A stretch of 64,000 nt of DNA from Oscillospiraceae bacterium (GCA_045640565.1 JAZUFG010000114.1:1846-65845), one strand, 5' to 3'; shown: positions 1 through 9,831, counted from the stretch's first letter. Made by a program: numbers and translations. Notes: generated by a model from the letters alone, not told the origin.

Positions 1-1
1 C

Positions 2-262
2 GTGGTAAAGGAGCTTCCTGTTTTCCATCCGCTGATTGGTATGGACAAGGAGGAGATCGTCGGTATCGCCCGCAAAATCGGCACGATGGAGACCTCCATC
101 CTCCCCTATGAGGACTGCTGCACCGTTTTTACCCCCAAGCACCCCAAGACGAAGCCCAACATGGAAGGCGTCCTGAAGGCCGAGGAAAAGCTAGACCGGG
201 AAGGGCTCATTGAGAGAGCTCTTCAGAACACAGAACTGCAAAAGGTTCGCTTCTATGGCTGA
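2..262 (+). CDS. thiI: tRNA 4-thiouridine synthase ThiI, C-terminal fragment (5' end outside window)
   Basis: 86-aa tail [44 protein letters not shown] resembles the conserved ThiI C-terminus. The ORF is open at the window edge. Confidence 0.7.
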   Translation: MVKELPVFHPLIGMDKEEIVGIARKIGTMETSILPYEDCCTVFTPKHPKTKPNMEGVLKAEEKLDREGLIERALQNTELQKVRFYG

Positions 263-1283
263 GACAGGCATGCAGGTAGGTTCCCTTTTCATCCCCGGGG
301 TGGTGGGTCTGGCTCCTCTGGCCGGTGTGACCGATCCGGCTTTTCGCTGCATTTGTCAGGAATTGGGGGCGGGATATACCGTAACGGAAATGGTCTCCTC
401 CCGGGCTCTGGTCTATCAGGATAAAAAATCCAAGAGTCTTTTGCCCAGGACAAAAGCGGGCATCTGCGGCGCCCAGATTTTCGGAAACGACCCGAAAATG
501 ATGGCAGAAGCCGCGAAAATCGCCATAGAAATATCTCAGGCAGACTTTATTGACATCAATATGGGCTGCCCCATGCCGAAAATTGCCGGAAACGGGGATG
601 GCTGCGCCCTCATGAACACGCCTGCATTAGCGGGAGACATCGTGGCGGCTGTCAAAGACGCCGTTTCCGTCCCCGTGACTGCCAAATGCCGGAAAGGCTG
701 GGACAAGGGCAGCGCCAACGCCGTGGAATTTGCTCAGCTATTGGAGGAACGGGGGCTGGACGCCATCTGCATCCACGGACGAACAAAGGCGCAGCTCTAT
801 TCCGGAAAGGCAGACTGGGCTATCATCAAAGAAGTCAAAAAGGCCCTTTCCATCCCCGTCATTGCCAACGGAGACATTTCGGACGGGGAAAGCGCCGTTC
901 GCTGCCTTCGGGAAACCGGGGCAGATTACCTGGCTGTCGGCCGTGCCGTTTTCGGCAACCCCTGGATCTTCCGGGAAATCACGGAGGCTGTTTCCGGACT
1001 TCCGAAAACGCCGAGACCTCCCCTGAAAGAACGGGTGGAGACCGCCATGCGGCAATTTGAACTGGCCCGCGAGGACAAGGGCGAGTACATTGCCTGTCTG
1101 GAGGCCAGAAAGCACTTTGCCTGGTATCTCCGGGGTATCCCCTATGCGAACTACTATAAAGAACAAATATCTGCCGTATCGGACTTTGAAAGCCTCCGGA
1201 AGATCGCCGAGGGCGTTCAGCGGGATCTTCGCGACCCCAAGCCCGGCGAAAGATTGCCTTTTTCCGAATATGACGGAATCTGA
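255..1283 (+). CDS. dusB: tRNA-dihydrouridine synthase (Dus family)
   Basis: Dus motifs are present: [28 protein letters not shown]. The ATG at 255 overlaps the thiI stop. The track start at 210 lies inside thiI. Confidence 0.85.
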   Translation: MAETGMQVGSLFIPGVVGLAPLAGVTDPAFRCICQELGAGYTVTEMVSSRALVYQDKKSKSLLPRTKAGICGAQIFGNDPKMMAEAAKIAIEISQADFIDINMGCPMPKIAGNGDGCALMNTPALAGDIVAAVKDAVSVPVTAKCRKGWDKGSANAVEFAQLLEERGLDAICIHGRTKAQLYSGKADWAIIKEVKKALSIPVIANGDISDGESAVRCLRETGADYLAVGRAVFGNPWIFREITEAVSGLPKTPRPPLKERVETAMRQFELAREDKGEYIACLEARKHFAWYLRGIPYANYYKEQISAVSDFESLRKIAEGVQRDLRDPKPGERLPFSEYDGI

Positions 1284-1325
1284 AGAAATAATACGAAAAC
1301 GGAAGTCGAAAGAGGAATAACACGC

Positions 1326-1985
1326 ATGGACATTCAAAAATTGCTTTCTTGTGTTGACCATACCCTGCTCTCCCAGGACGCCGGTTGGGCCCAGATTCAA
1401 GCGCTCTGCGATGATGCGATCCATTACGGGACTGCTTCTGTCTGCATTCCCGCTTCCTTTGTGAAGGATGCAAAGGCCTATGTGGGAGATAAAATGCGGG
1501 TATGCACCGTGATCGGTTTCCCCAACGGCTATTCCACCACGGCAGTGAAAGTTTTTGAAACGGAGGATGCCGTAAAGAACGGCGCGGACGAAATTGACAT
1601 GGTCATCAATATCGGCTGGGTAAAGGATCAGAAATGGGAGGCCCTTCTTGCAGAGATCAAAGCCGTCCGCGAAGCCTGCCCCGGCAAGGTATTAAAGGTC
1701 ATTATTGAAACCTGCCTATTAACGGATGCGGAAAAAATCCAACTCTGCAAAATCGTCTCCGCTTCCGGCGCCGATTACATCAAAACATCTACCGGTTTCT
1801 CCAAGGGCGGAGCAAGCTTTGCGGATATCAAGCTTTTCTCCCGGAATATCGCCCCTCATTTGAAAATCAAAGCGGCCGGCGGGATCTCCTCTTTGGAGGA
1901 CGCAGAAGAATTTGTCCGTTTGGGCGCCTCCCGCCTGGGGACCTCCCGGGTGGTCAAAATCGTGAAAACCGGGGAAGCAAAATGA
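1326..1985 (+). CDS. deoC: deoxyribose-phosphate aldolase
   Basis: Class I aldolase pattern: VCIP, VIGFPNG, ADEIDMVINIG, KVIIET, YIKTSTGF. It sits next to deoB and cdd. Confidence 0.9.
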   Translation: MDIQKLLSCVDHTLLSQDAGWAQIQALCDDAIHYGTASVCIPASFVKDAKAYVGDKMRVCTVIGFPNGYSTTAVKVFETEDAVKNGADEIDMVINIGWVKDQKWEALLAEIKAVREACPGKVLKVIIETCLLTDAEKIQLCKIVSASGADYIKTSTGFSKGGASFADIKLFSRNIAPHLKIKAAGGISSLEDAEEFVRLGASRLGTSRVVKIVKTGEAK

Positions 1986-3148
1986 AACGCATCTTCTTAA
2001 TTGTATTGGACTCCTGCGGCGCGGGGGAACAGCCTGACTCCAAGAGTTTTGGTGACGAGGGCGTGAACACCCTGCGTTCCTGCCATCAGACCGGGCTTCT
2101 TCAAATCCCGAACATGCAGAAAATCGGAATCGGCAATATTGAGGGGCTTTCTTTCCTCGGCAGGACAGATACACCGACGGGAGCATATTGCCGCCTCATG
2201 GAGCTTTCCAAGGGAAAGGACACCACCATCGGTCATTGGGAGATCGCCGGATTGATCTCAAACTCTCCCCTCCCCGTCTATCCAAACGGTTTCCCGGAAG
2301 AAATCATTCGGGAATTTGAAATGAAAACAGGCAGGGGCGTGCTCTATAACAAGCCTGCTTCCGGCACTGCCATTATCAACGAATTGGGGGATGAACATCG
2401 GGCCACGGGCAAGCTGATCGTATATACCTCGGCGGATTCCGTGTTCCAGATCGCAGCCCATGAAGAAACCGTTCCTTTGGAAGAGCTCTACCGGGATTGC
2501 CGGATCGCACGCGAAATCCTGCAGGGAGAACACGGTGTCGGCAGGGTGATCGCCCGGCCTTTCGTCGGCAAAAAGAACGGCGAATATGTGAGAACAAGCA
2601 ACCGGCACGATTTTTCCCTGGTTCCTCCTGCCAAAACCCTTCTTGACCTAGTCTCCGAAGCTGGGAAAGATGTCATCGCCGTCGGCAAGATCCATGATAT
2701 CTTTGCGGGGATCGGTATGACGGAAACCGTCTATACCCACGGAAACACGGATGGCCTTGACAAGACCCTTCAGATCGCCAAGCGGGATTTTACAGGTCTC
2801 TGCTTTGTCAACCTGGTGGATTTCGATTCCCAATACGGACACAGAAGAGATCCCGTCGGCTACGCGAAAGCGCTGAATGAATTTGACGCTTGGCTGCCAA
2901 AGCTTCAGGCGCTTCTCGGGCCTGACGACTGCATCATGATAACCGCAGACCACGGATGCGATCCGTGCTATGAGAAGACAACGGACCATACTCGGGAATA
3001 TGTTCCATTCCTTGCCGTGGGGCCGTCTGTTAAAGCCATCAATCTGGGCACGAGGGAAGGCTTCTGCGACATCGGCGCCAGCTGTGCCGAGCTTCTCTCT
3101 GCCGGGAAAACCAAAAACGGAAACAGTTTTGCGGAGGATATCCTATGA
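1982..3148 (+). CDS. deoB: phosphopentomutase
   Basis: The N-terminus MKRIFLIVLDSCGAGEQPD and the C-terminal TADHGCDP motif are typical of DeoB. ATGA overlap with deoC. Confidence 0.9.
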   Translation: MKRIFLIVLDSCGAGEQPDSKSFGDEGVNTLRSCHQTGLLQIPNMQKIGIGNIEGLSFLGRTDTPTGAYCRLMELSKGKDTTIGHWEIAGLISNSPLPVYPNGFPEEIIREFEMKTGRGVLYNKPASGTAIINELGDEHRATGKLIVYTSADSVFQIAAHEETVPLEELYRDCRIAREILQGEHGVGRVIARPFVGKKNGEYVRTSNRHDFSLVPPAKTLLDLVSEAGKDVIAVGKIHDIFAGIGMTETVYTHGNTDGLDKTLQIAKRDFTGLCFVNLVDFDSQYGHRRDPVGYAKALNEFDAWLPKLQALLGPDDCIMITADHGCDPCYEKTTDHTREYVPFLAVGPSVKAINLGTREGFCDIGASCAELLSAGKTKNGNSFAEDIL

Positions 3149-3549
3149 AAAATGAAGAACTGACAAAATTCGCCTGCGAGGCAATGCAAAAGGCCTATGC
3201 CCCCTACTCTCACTTTTTTGTTGGGGCCGCTTTGCTGACAAAAAACGGCAAGGTCTATACGGGCTGCAATATTGAAAACGCCAGTTACGGCGCCACAAAC
3301 TGCGCAGAACGCACCGCCATTTTCAAGGCAGTATCCGAAGGAGAACGGGATTTTGAGGCTATTGCCATTGTGGGCGGCCTTCAGGGTAATCTTTCCGGCT
3401 TTGCCGCCCCCTGCGGTGTATGCCGGCAAGTCATGAGCGAGTTCTGCAAAGAGGATTTTAAGATCATCCTCTTTGACGGCAGAAACTACGCATGCAAAAC
3501 GCTGGGAGAACTGCTCCCCCTGTCCTTCAGCGGAGATAGCATTATTTAG
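3145..3549 (+). CDS. cdd: cytidine deaminase
   Basis: Zinc-ligand motifs CAERTAIF and PCGVCRQV in 134 aa. ATGA overlap with deoB. Confidence 0.9.
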   Translation: MKNEELTKFACEAMQKAYAPYSHFFVGAALLTKNGKVYTGCNIENASYGATNCAERTAIFKAVSEGERDFEAIAIVGGLQGNLSGFAAPCGVCRQVMSEFCKEDFKIILFDGRNYACKTLGELLPLSFSGDSII

Positions 3550-3625
3550 TTTTTTCGGAGAAGTCCGTATCATCGGAAAACTCAACACTTTGACAGCCGG
3601 ATAAAGCTTTTTGGAAAATAAAGGA

Positions 3626-3654
3626 TTGACTTTTCCCTAAATATCATTTATACT
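3626..3654 (+). promoter_or_regulatory. sigma-A type promoter for tRNA-Ser
   Basis: TTGACT (3626-3631), 17-nt spacer, TATACT (3649-3654), about 30 nt upstream of the tRNA 5' end. Confidence 0.5.
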
Positions 3655-3682
3655 ATGCAAGCTGTTTGAAACAGCCGTTTAT

Positions 3683-3774
3683 GGAGCAGTATCGAAGCGG
3701 TCATAACGGGCACGACTGGAAATCGTGTGGAGGTCAAAAGTCTCCCGAGGGTTCGAATCCCTCCTGCTCCGCCA
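3683..3774 (+). tRNA. tRNA-Ser, anticodon GGA, genomically encoded CCA
   Basis: Acceptor stem GGAGCAG/CTGCTCC. Anticodon stem CACGA/TCGTG with loop CTGGAAA. Long variable arm GGAGGTCAAAAGTCTCC. T-arm GAGGGTTCGAATCCCTC. Ends in GCCA. Confidence 0.9.
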
Positions 3775-3779
3775 TAGTT

Positions 3780-3820
3780 AGGATTGCAATTTTTAAGGAT
3801 TGCAATCCTACTTTTGTTTT
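3780..3820 (+). terminator. rho-independent terminator after tRNA-Ser
   Basis: Perfect 11-bp stem AGGATTGCAAT/ATTGCAATCCT with an 8-nt loop, followed by ACTTTTGTTTT. Confidence 0.75.
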
Positions 3821-3899
3821 AGAGACGTGTTTCGCCGACCGTCATAGATTGCTTTGTAGGAACCTGCGATCTGATCACACAAAAACAAGGAGGCCGCTT

Positions 3900-5372
3900 A
3901 TGTTCAATTTCACGAAAGCAAATGGGGATAAGAACTGCATTCAGGATGAATCCGTGAAAGAGCTTTTCCATCAAAGCGAGGTTCAGGCAAACAAGCTCGT
4001 ATCTTTGACGATGATGCTTCTCAGCGCGGGCCTTATCATTTCCTGGGTGCTCAACATGGCCGGCGTTTTTCAGCTTGATCGGCTGTTCTTCACAATATTT
4101 GTGTCCATAGCAGTTGTCTGCTTTGCAGTCGGAGCACTTGTCAATAGAAAATACCGCGGAGATCACCCAAAAATCAAGTATTTCCTGATGAGTATCATGA
4201 TCATCGTTTGTGCTATGTTGGATGCAATACTATCATACAACATTGCGCTGCTTATCGTTTTTCCGCTGCTGCTCTCACTTCGATACTATTCTGAAAAATA
4301 CACTCTTCGCATCGCCGTCGTTTCGGCGGTTGCCTTTGCAATCTCTGCCGCAGTTGGCTCGTGGTTTCAGCTTGGCATACTTGATTTGAATTTTGTCGAT
4401 GTAGCAAACAATACCCAGGTTTCCGTCGGAGAGGACCTTTATCACGCCATAGAAAATGCAGGCGGCTTTGTGCGTTCGAAATATTTCCTCTTTTATATGT
4501 CTGAAGCTTTTGCGGCAAAAGTTCTGCAGTATGCGGTCTTTACCGTTATCGCCTATCAGATTGCAAGATGCGGGAAGAATATGGTTATAAAACAGGCAGA
4601 GATTTCTTCCGAAGCATCCCGGATCGAGAGTGAACTGTCTGTTGCCAGGAGCATCCAGGCGAATATGCTCCCGGTTTCTTTCCCTGCTTTCCCCAGCAGA
4701 GATGAATTCGACATATATGCTACTATGGCCCCGGCAAAGGAGGTCGGCGGTGACTTTTATGACTTCTTCATGGTGGATGATCGTCATGTCGGGATCGTTA
4801 TGGCAGATGTATCGGGAAAAGGCGTCCCCGCGGCTCTCTTTATGGCAATTGCGAAAGCCATGATAAAAGATCATACCGAGCCTGAAAAACAACTTAACCA
4901 AACCTTTGCCAAGGTCAACAATCTGCTCTGCGAATCAAACAGTGAAGGCTTGTTTGTAACAGCTTTTGAGGGTGTGCTGGATCTTGTTACCGGTGAATTC
5001 ATTTTTGTAAATGCCGGACATGAGACTCCGTATATTTGCCGTAAAGGAAAGACCTTTGAGTTATATAAGCTCCGCCCCGGTTTTGTGCTCGCCGGAATGG
5101 AGGACATGGCTTACAAGACGGCCAGCGTTACTTTTGAACCCGGAGACAAGCTGTTCCAGTATACAGACGGTGTCACAGAAGCGACAAATGCCGAAAATAA
5201 GCTTTACGGTCAGGATCGGCTGACAGCAGTTCTTGAGAAATATTCATCGAAAACACCTACTGAGCTGCTTCCCCTTGTTCGTAAGGATGTCGATGCCTTC
5301 GTAGGACAAGCACCGCAGTTTGACGATATTACTATGCTGTGCCTGGAATATAAGAAAAAAATGAATGCATAA
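3900..5372 (+). CDS. membrane-anchored PP2C/SpoIIE-family serine phosphatase
   Basis: The N-terminal half is hydrophobic (several TM helices). The C-terminal half carries PPM motifs GGDFYDF, ADVSGKGVPAA, YTDGVTEA, DDITML. ATG at 3900 follows AAGGAGG. The track ORF start at 3666 reads through the tRNA. Confidence 0.8.
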   Translation: MFNFTKANGDKNCIQDESVKELFHQSEVQANKLVSLTMMLLSAGLIISWVLNMAGVFQLDRLFFTIFVSIAVVCFAVGALVNRKYRGDHPKIKYFLMSIMIIVCAMLDAILSYNIALLIVFPLLLSLRYYSEKYTLRIAVVSAVAFAISAAVGSWFQLGILDLNFVDVANNTQVSVGEDLYHAIENAGGFVRSKYFLFYMSEAFAAKVLQYAVFTVIAYQIARCGKNMVIKQAEISSEASRIESELSVARSIQANMLPVSFPAFPSRDEFDIYATMAPAKEVGGDFYDFFMVDDRHVGIVMADVSGKGVPAALFMAIAKAMIKDHTEPEKQLNQTFAKVNNLLCESNSEGLFVTAFEGVLDLVTGEFIFVNAGHETPYICRKGKTFELYKLRPGFVLAGMEDMAYKTASVTFEPGDKLFQYTDGVTEATNAENKLYGQDRLTAVLEKYSSKTPTELLPLVRKDVDAFVGQAPQFDDITMLCLEYKKKMNA

Positions 5373-5560
5373 GGACTTGCCAAATTCTAAACCGTGCAAG
5401 CAGCTTCACTTGCCCGCAGAGGAAACTTCACTTAATATTTTGACATTCCTATGCCGTACAATGAGAAGAACGCAATCGCGCAGCCCCGACATAACAAGAG
5501 ATATGCGCGACCTGACCGTGAAGATGGAATACAAAAGAGGATAGTAGAGGAGAACGACCG

Positions 5561-6685
5561 ATGAAAAGACGATTGAGATTTGCAATGCTGCTGGCTGCTG
5601 CAGTCATACTGATCCTGAGTATCGGCATGATCGCTTATGCGGAAGATGGCACGGAAATCACTTGTTGGGACGATCTGGAAATGCTTCTGATGGAGGGCGG
5701 AAGAGGCTATTTATCGGCGAATATCGACAATGAAGGATATGAGCAGTTCGATATGTACGGCGGTGATGTCATTCTGGACATGAACGGCTATTATTTATCT
5801 TACTGGGGACCTATCTGCAATATTAGTGAAAATCTGATCCTCATCAATTCCAGCGATGAACGAAGCGAAATCGATCTCGTGTGCGACCGGGCAGAGCACG
5901 GCGTTTACACGCGTGTCTTTGGAACTCTGGCTGCAAAAAATGTGGATATTTATATTTCCGATCTGGAAAATAACGGAAAGATCATTACCCTCGGCGGAGG
6001 ATATCGCTACGGTTATCATGAAATTAATTCCGGCCTGATTGCAAACCTTGATAATGAGTACGGAACAATGACGGACGATCAGTTTATTGAGATGGTCCAA
6101 ACAGGAACACTCCCGCAGTTGACCAGACAAAGCTATGATTTTGTATCCTGGACATGCGGCAAAAATGAAGTGACTTCTTTTGATAATATGGGTGGAAAAA
6201 AGACTGTGAGCGCAAACTGGCAAACCAACGTGCTTGTGACTTTTGATCCCGACGGCGGGACCTGTGATGTCACGGCCGCGAAGCCGGATAATGACAGTCG
6301 GTTCTCTGCTTTTCCGGGTGCGGAAAAAGAGGGATTTTGTTTCGACGGATGGTTTAACGGGGACGGAACACAGGTCACGACAGATACGGAATTTAATGCG
6401 GATACGACTGTGACTGCCGGCTGGTCGCTTGAGTCGACCAGGGCCGAGGCGCTTGCCGATTATATGAAGGCACAGGGATTCTGCCAGACAAGGATCGACC
6501 GGGTAACCGGCAGCCTGAACGGTGAAAACCTGTCCGGATCCTTTTTCTCATTCGGGAACATCTGGATGATTCTGTGCTGTGTGCTGACGGTGATTCTGGT
6601 AGTGATGATCGCAGTCATCCGTGTGAAAAGAAAATCGGGCAGGAAAGAATCCTCTTCGGACAGCGCATCCGAGGGACAGGCTTGA
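5561..6685 (+). CDS. secreted, C-terminally membrane-anchored protein with Listeria/Bacteroides-type (InlB B-repeat-like) repeats
   Basis: Signal peptide ends AYA/ED. There are two F-x-GW...TVTA-W repeat signatures (YDFVSWTCGKNEV..VSANW; GFCFDGWFNGDGTQV..TVTAGW). C-terminal TM helix IWMILCCVLTVILVVMIAVI followed by a basic tail. Confidence 0.6.
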   Translation: MKRRLRFAMLLAAAVILILSIGMIAYAEDGTEITCWDDLEMLLMEGGRGYLSANIDNEGYEQFDMYGGDVILDMNGYYLSYWGPICNISENLILINSSDERSEIDLVCDRAEHGVYTRVFGTLAAKNVDIYISDLENNGKIITLGGGYRYGYHEINSGLIANLDNEYGTMTDDQFIEMVQTGTLPQLTRQSYDFVSWTCGKNEVTSFDNMGGKKTVSANWQTNVLVTFDPDGGTCDVTAAKPDNDSRFSAFPGAEKEGFCFDGWFNGDGTQVTTDTEFNADTTVTAGWSLESTRAEALADYMKAQGFCQTRIDRVTGSLNGENLSGSFFSFGNIWMILCCVLTVILVVMIAVIRVKRKSGRKESSSDSASEGQA

Positions 6686-6820
6686 AATCCGGTCCCTATC
6701 GCGATATGACCTTTCATGACTGCTCATTGACAATTTCGAAAAAGAAACTGCCTTTGCAATAAAAATGGACCTGACAAAACTGAACTGAGTTCATCCCTGT
6801 TTTGCAAGGCGTGCATGAAG

Positions 6821-6855
6821 AAACGGCATGGTCGATTGCCCGACCATGCCGTTTT
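6821..6855. terminator. hairpin between convergent genes (probable bidirectional terminator)
   Basis: 14-bp stem AAACGGCATGGTCG/CGACCATGCCGTTT with loop ATTGCC. A/T runs form the stem ends. Confidence 0.55.
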
Positions 6856-6906
6856 GCATATTCACTTGTGAGCCCGAATCGGCCCCGCTATTCGCACGAA
6901 AAGGGA

Positions 6907-8454
6907 TTATTCCTCATCCGGGTAGGTGTAGACCTTGTAGTCCCCGTCAAAGAGGTCGTTGATCTCGCTCAGGGTCTGACGGACAAGCTGATCGCCGCCC
7001 TCATGGCCGGTATAACCGGAGGGAATAAAGGCAGAATAATGGCCGTGGCCTTCTGCTTTGGCAGTAGGCAGATAGCCTTCGGAAGCGCAGCAAAGCTGGA
7101 CCAGGAAGGACTGCTCACAATACTGGCGTGCTTTGATCTGGTTTGCATAATCCAGGAAGAGCTCAAAGGGATCCGTCGCGAAGGCCACAGAGCCCATACG
7201 AATGACATGGACTTCCGTATCCAGAACCTGAACGCGCTCCTGCAGATCAAAACGGCGGATCACGCCCAAATACTGCTGGAGATTGGCGAGGTCGTTGAAA
7301 TCCACATCCCGATCGGTTTCGCGGACGAAGTCCTTCACGGCCTTCACGGCTTTGTTATACTCCGTCAGAGTCGCGCGGCGGAGAGGAAGCTGGAGATTCA
7401 GCACACGGTGCTCAAACTTAATATCAGACTGATGCTCACCTACACCGTCTTCCCAGGCATCACGGACAGCGTTAGCAACGCGGCGTCCGGCTTTTCTCAT
7501 GCCTTCCAGGTCAAACATGGAGGGGTCTGCCTTACGGACAGGAGGATTGTGACGGATCAAGTTCGGATCATGAACATCGGTATCGGGGTTGACCCAACGA
7601 ACTAAATCAACAGGGCACTGGTCTCCTGCAGGGCTGCAGAGAGGAAGAACAAAAACATCTTCACCGAAGCGCTCACGGATCAGCTTTTTCGCTTCGCCCC
7701 AGAAATCGGGAGAAACAAAGAGACGGTGCTGGACACACTGAGCAGGGCAAGCAAGGTTGACCACAACACCTGTCAGCTTCTCCTGGGCATCAAAGCAATA
7801 CATCAGTTCCACGCCGGAATCGTTGCCGCCCTCTACTTCCGTGAAGACTGCCGTGTTGGCATTGCCCCACATCTGAGCGGTGTTATCCGTATAATCCACG
7901 CGGCGGCCCATACCTACGGCAGCACGGTCAAAGGCATTGGCAAAGGAGGCCTCTTTACGGTTCTTCCAGGCTTCCAGAGCAACTTCCGCAGCCTTGGAGG
8001 TAGAAAGATCAAAGCCTTCCTGCAGGCTCATGATTTCGGGATTGTCGCTGACATTTTCCCGTTCCACATACTTCTGGCCGGGCTTTAAATACTGCTGAAG
8101 AACTTCCTTATCTGTCCGGAAGCCCTCTCTTGCATAAGCTGCTGTACGGCCGGAACCGCCGGGGCGGTAACCGGTATGGGTATGGATAGCACAGACCATG
8201 ACCTTCCCGGGGTCCAGCCCTTCTTTATTGTCCTTCAGGAGTTCCCGGACCCGAAGCATCCAGGTATAGGTGATGGAAACCAGGTCGCAGGAAACCATAA
8301 CCATCTGATCGCCGCTGCACTCCACTGCCATGGCAGTTGCCGTCAAAGGCTTTTCCACATACTGAGAAATACGCTCTGCAAACTGGCCTGCAAGGGAAAT
8401 TTTCTTATTGGGGGTCAAGCTGACTTCTGCCCAACCGATTTTAACTTTTGCCAT
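6907..8454 (-). CDS. neutral/alkaline ceramidase N-terminal-domain-like hydrolase (function uncertain)
   Basis: The N-terminus KIGWAEVSLTPNKKISLAGQF resembles the G-x-A-x-x-DITP...LAGY start of this family, and CAIHTHTG resembles the HTHSGP metal site. Start chosen at ATG 8454 (AGGA upstream); an alternative ATG at 8475 has no SD. Confidence 0.55.
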   Translation of the reverse strand: MAKVKIGWAEVSLTPNKKISLAGQFAERISQYVEKPLTATAMAVECSGDQMVMVSCDLVSITYTWMLRVRELLKDNKEGLDPGKVMVCAIHTHTGYRPGGSGRTAAYAREGFRTDKEVLQQYLKPGQKYVERENVSDNPEIMSLQEGFDLSTSKAAEVALEAWKNRKEASFANAFDRAAVGMGRRVDYTDNTAQMWGNANTAVFTEVEGGNDSGVELMYCFDAQEKLTGVVVNLACPAQCVQHRLFVSPDFWGEAKKLIRERFGEDVFVLPLCSPAGDQCPVDLVRWVNPDTDVHDPNLIRHNPPVRKADPSMFDLEGMRKAGRRVANAVRDAWEDGVGEHQSDIKFEHRVLNLQLPLRRATLTEYNKAVKAVKDFVRETDRDVDFNDLANLQQYLGVIRRFDLQERVQVLDTEVHVIRMGSVAFATDPFELFLDYANQIKARQYCEQSFLVQLCCASEGYLPTAKAEGHGHYSAFIPSGYTGHEGGDQLVRQTLSEINDLFDGDYKVYTYPDEE

Positions 8455-8558
8455 AGTTCTTTCCTTTCTTTCCATGTGTGAAAAAGGCGTATCTTTTTGA
8501 TGCCTTCCTCACAAAATTCACAAGGAAATAATAGCCTTTTAGGTAGGAAAAGTCAATA

Positions 8559-8587
8559 TTGACATTTAGAACTTCTCCTGCTAATAT
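8559..8587 (+). promoter_or_regulatory. sigma-A type promoter
   Basis: TTGACA (8559-8564), 17-nt spacer, TAATAT (8582-8587), upstream of the 68-aa ORF. Confidence 0.5.
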
Positions 8588-8619
8588 ATGCCGAAGCAAA
8601 ATATGAAGGAGGAAAAAAC

Positions 8620-8826
8620 ATGGATCGATTTGTTCCTTTTGAGAAGCTCTCCAAGAAAAAGCAGCGAGCGCTCAATGCCCAAAAGCGAGGAAGCTGGGGC
8701 TGCCTGAATCCCGTTACCCGCAAGCCCGAAAATTCCAGAGCGTACAAAAGAAAAACGGCTCAAAGATGGATGGATGAATCCAAATTTGAGCCGTTTTCTC
8801 TATCTTATGAAGCAAGAGATCCGTGA
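8620..8826 (+). CDS. small highly basic hypothetical protein (68 aa)
   Basis: Strong SD GAAGGAGGA 6 nt before the ATG. The sequence is K/R-rich (KLSKKKQRALNAQKRGSWGCLNPVTRKPENSRAYKRKTAQRW). It has its own promoter. Confidence 0.5.
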   Translation: MDRFVPFEKLSKKKQRALNAQKRGSWGCLNPVTRKPENSRAYKRKTAQRWMDESKFEPFSLSYEARDP

Positions 8827-8892
8827 ATCCGTGATTGCAGAATCTGCATATTTATGATAGAATCCTTAAAAACAAAACCCAAGGAGGAAACT

Positions 8893-9771
8893 ATGAAAAA
8901 ACTGTTAGCAATCACTCTTGCCCTGATGCTCCTGCTCTCTTTGGCAGCCTGCGGGCAGAAGGAAGCTCCGAAAAGCGAAGAAGGCACTGTCGGCGGAGCC
9001 TCCACGGTCAACCCCGTGCGTGAGCTGGATTCTCTGGAAGCTCTGAGCAAGGAAGCTCAGTGCGCTCTGGTCTGCCCCACAGGTGTGGAAATCAGCGATG
9101 AATCCTTTGCCATGATCAAGTCCGATACAGACATTGCTCAATACAAATTCTCCGCAAACGGAAAGCCCTGCTGTCTTCGCTTCTCTAAGGCAGGCATGGA
9201 GACGGATATTTCCGGAATCTATGTGGATGGCGGAACCCTCTTTGCCGATTCCGACAGTGAAAACCACTGGATTCAAAATGACAATTATATGGCGCAGCGC
9301 TGGTTCACGGTAGACGGACAGTATATCCTCTCCGTGGAAAACTCTCAGGATGAATGGGACTGGGCCGGCTTCAACGAAATCTACACCCAATTCTATGATT
9401 TGAAGCCCCTGACCTGGAATGCCAAAGTTGCCTATGAAGACTACAAAGCGATGACCGGAACCTACTCCAATGAAGCCGGGGATGCAAGTGCTTCTCTGAG
9501 CATCCGCCTGGATCATCTTTTGGTCACGGTTTTCTGCTATCCCGAAAACGCGGACCACTATTATTACGAAATGGATGCAAGCCTGAAGGACGGAAAGCTT
9601 GTCTATGACAAGGAAAGCGTTTCCGTTCAGGTTGTCCATGAGGACGGAAGCATGGATTTAGAAGAGCTTGAGCCGGCCGGTGCCGGATCCATTGAGATCC
9701 TGAGCGACGGAGCTTTGGACTTCTCCGGAGCAGCCTCCGAAGGACTGAAGGGATTGGTCCTGAAAAAGTAA
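8893..9771 (+). CDS. lipoprotein, unknown function
   Basis: MKKLLAITLALMLLLSLAACGQ is a signal peptide with lipobox LAAC. SD AAGGAGGAA. The track start at 8854 is an upstream extension. Confidence 0.75.
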   Translation: MKKLLAITLALMLLLSLAACGQKEAPKSEEGTVGGASTVNPVRELDSLEALSKEAQCALVCPTGVEISDESFAMIKSDTDIAQYKFSANGKPCCLRFSKAGMETDISGIYVDGGTLFADSDSENHWIQNDNYMAQRWFTVDGQYILSVENSQDEWDWAGFNEIYTQFYDLKPLTWNAKVAYEDYKAMTGTYSNEAGDASASLSIRLDHLLVTVFCYPENADHYYYEMDASLKDGKLVYDKESVSVQVVHEDGSMDLEELEPAGAGSIEILSDGALDFSGAASEGLKGLVLKK

Positions 9772-9780
9772 AGAGAACGG

Positions 9781-9815
9781 AAAACAGCCTGGATCAAGGA
9801 TCCAGGCTGTTTTTA
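9781..9815. terminator. bidirectional rho-independent terminator
   Basis: AAAA-CAGCCTGGATC-loop-GATCCAGGCTG-TTTTT between convergent lipoprotein genes. Confidence 0.7.
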
Positions 9816-9831
9816 TCTGCTTTATTATCTG

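Noticed and set aside
3666-3899. N-terminal 78 codons of the 568-aa track ORF (3666..5372).
   Set aside because: This part of the frame reads straight through the tRNA-Ser gene and its terminator. The real CDS starts at ATG 3900 behind AAGGAGG.
3683-6855. tRNA-Ser-linked integrative element or prophage remnant.
   Set aside because: No integrase, recombinase or phage gene is present. I could not find a direct repeat of the tRNA 3' end at the distal boundary. Only the compositional shift remains, and it is reported as a modest finding.
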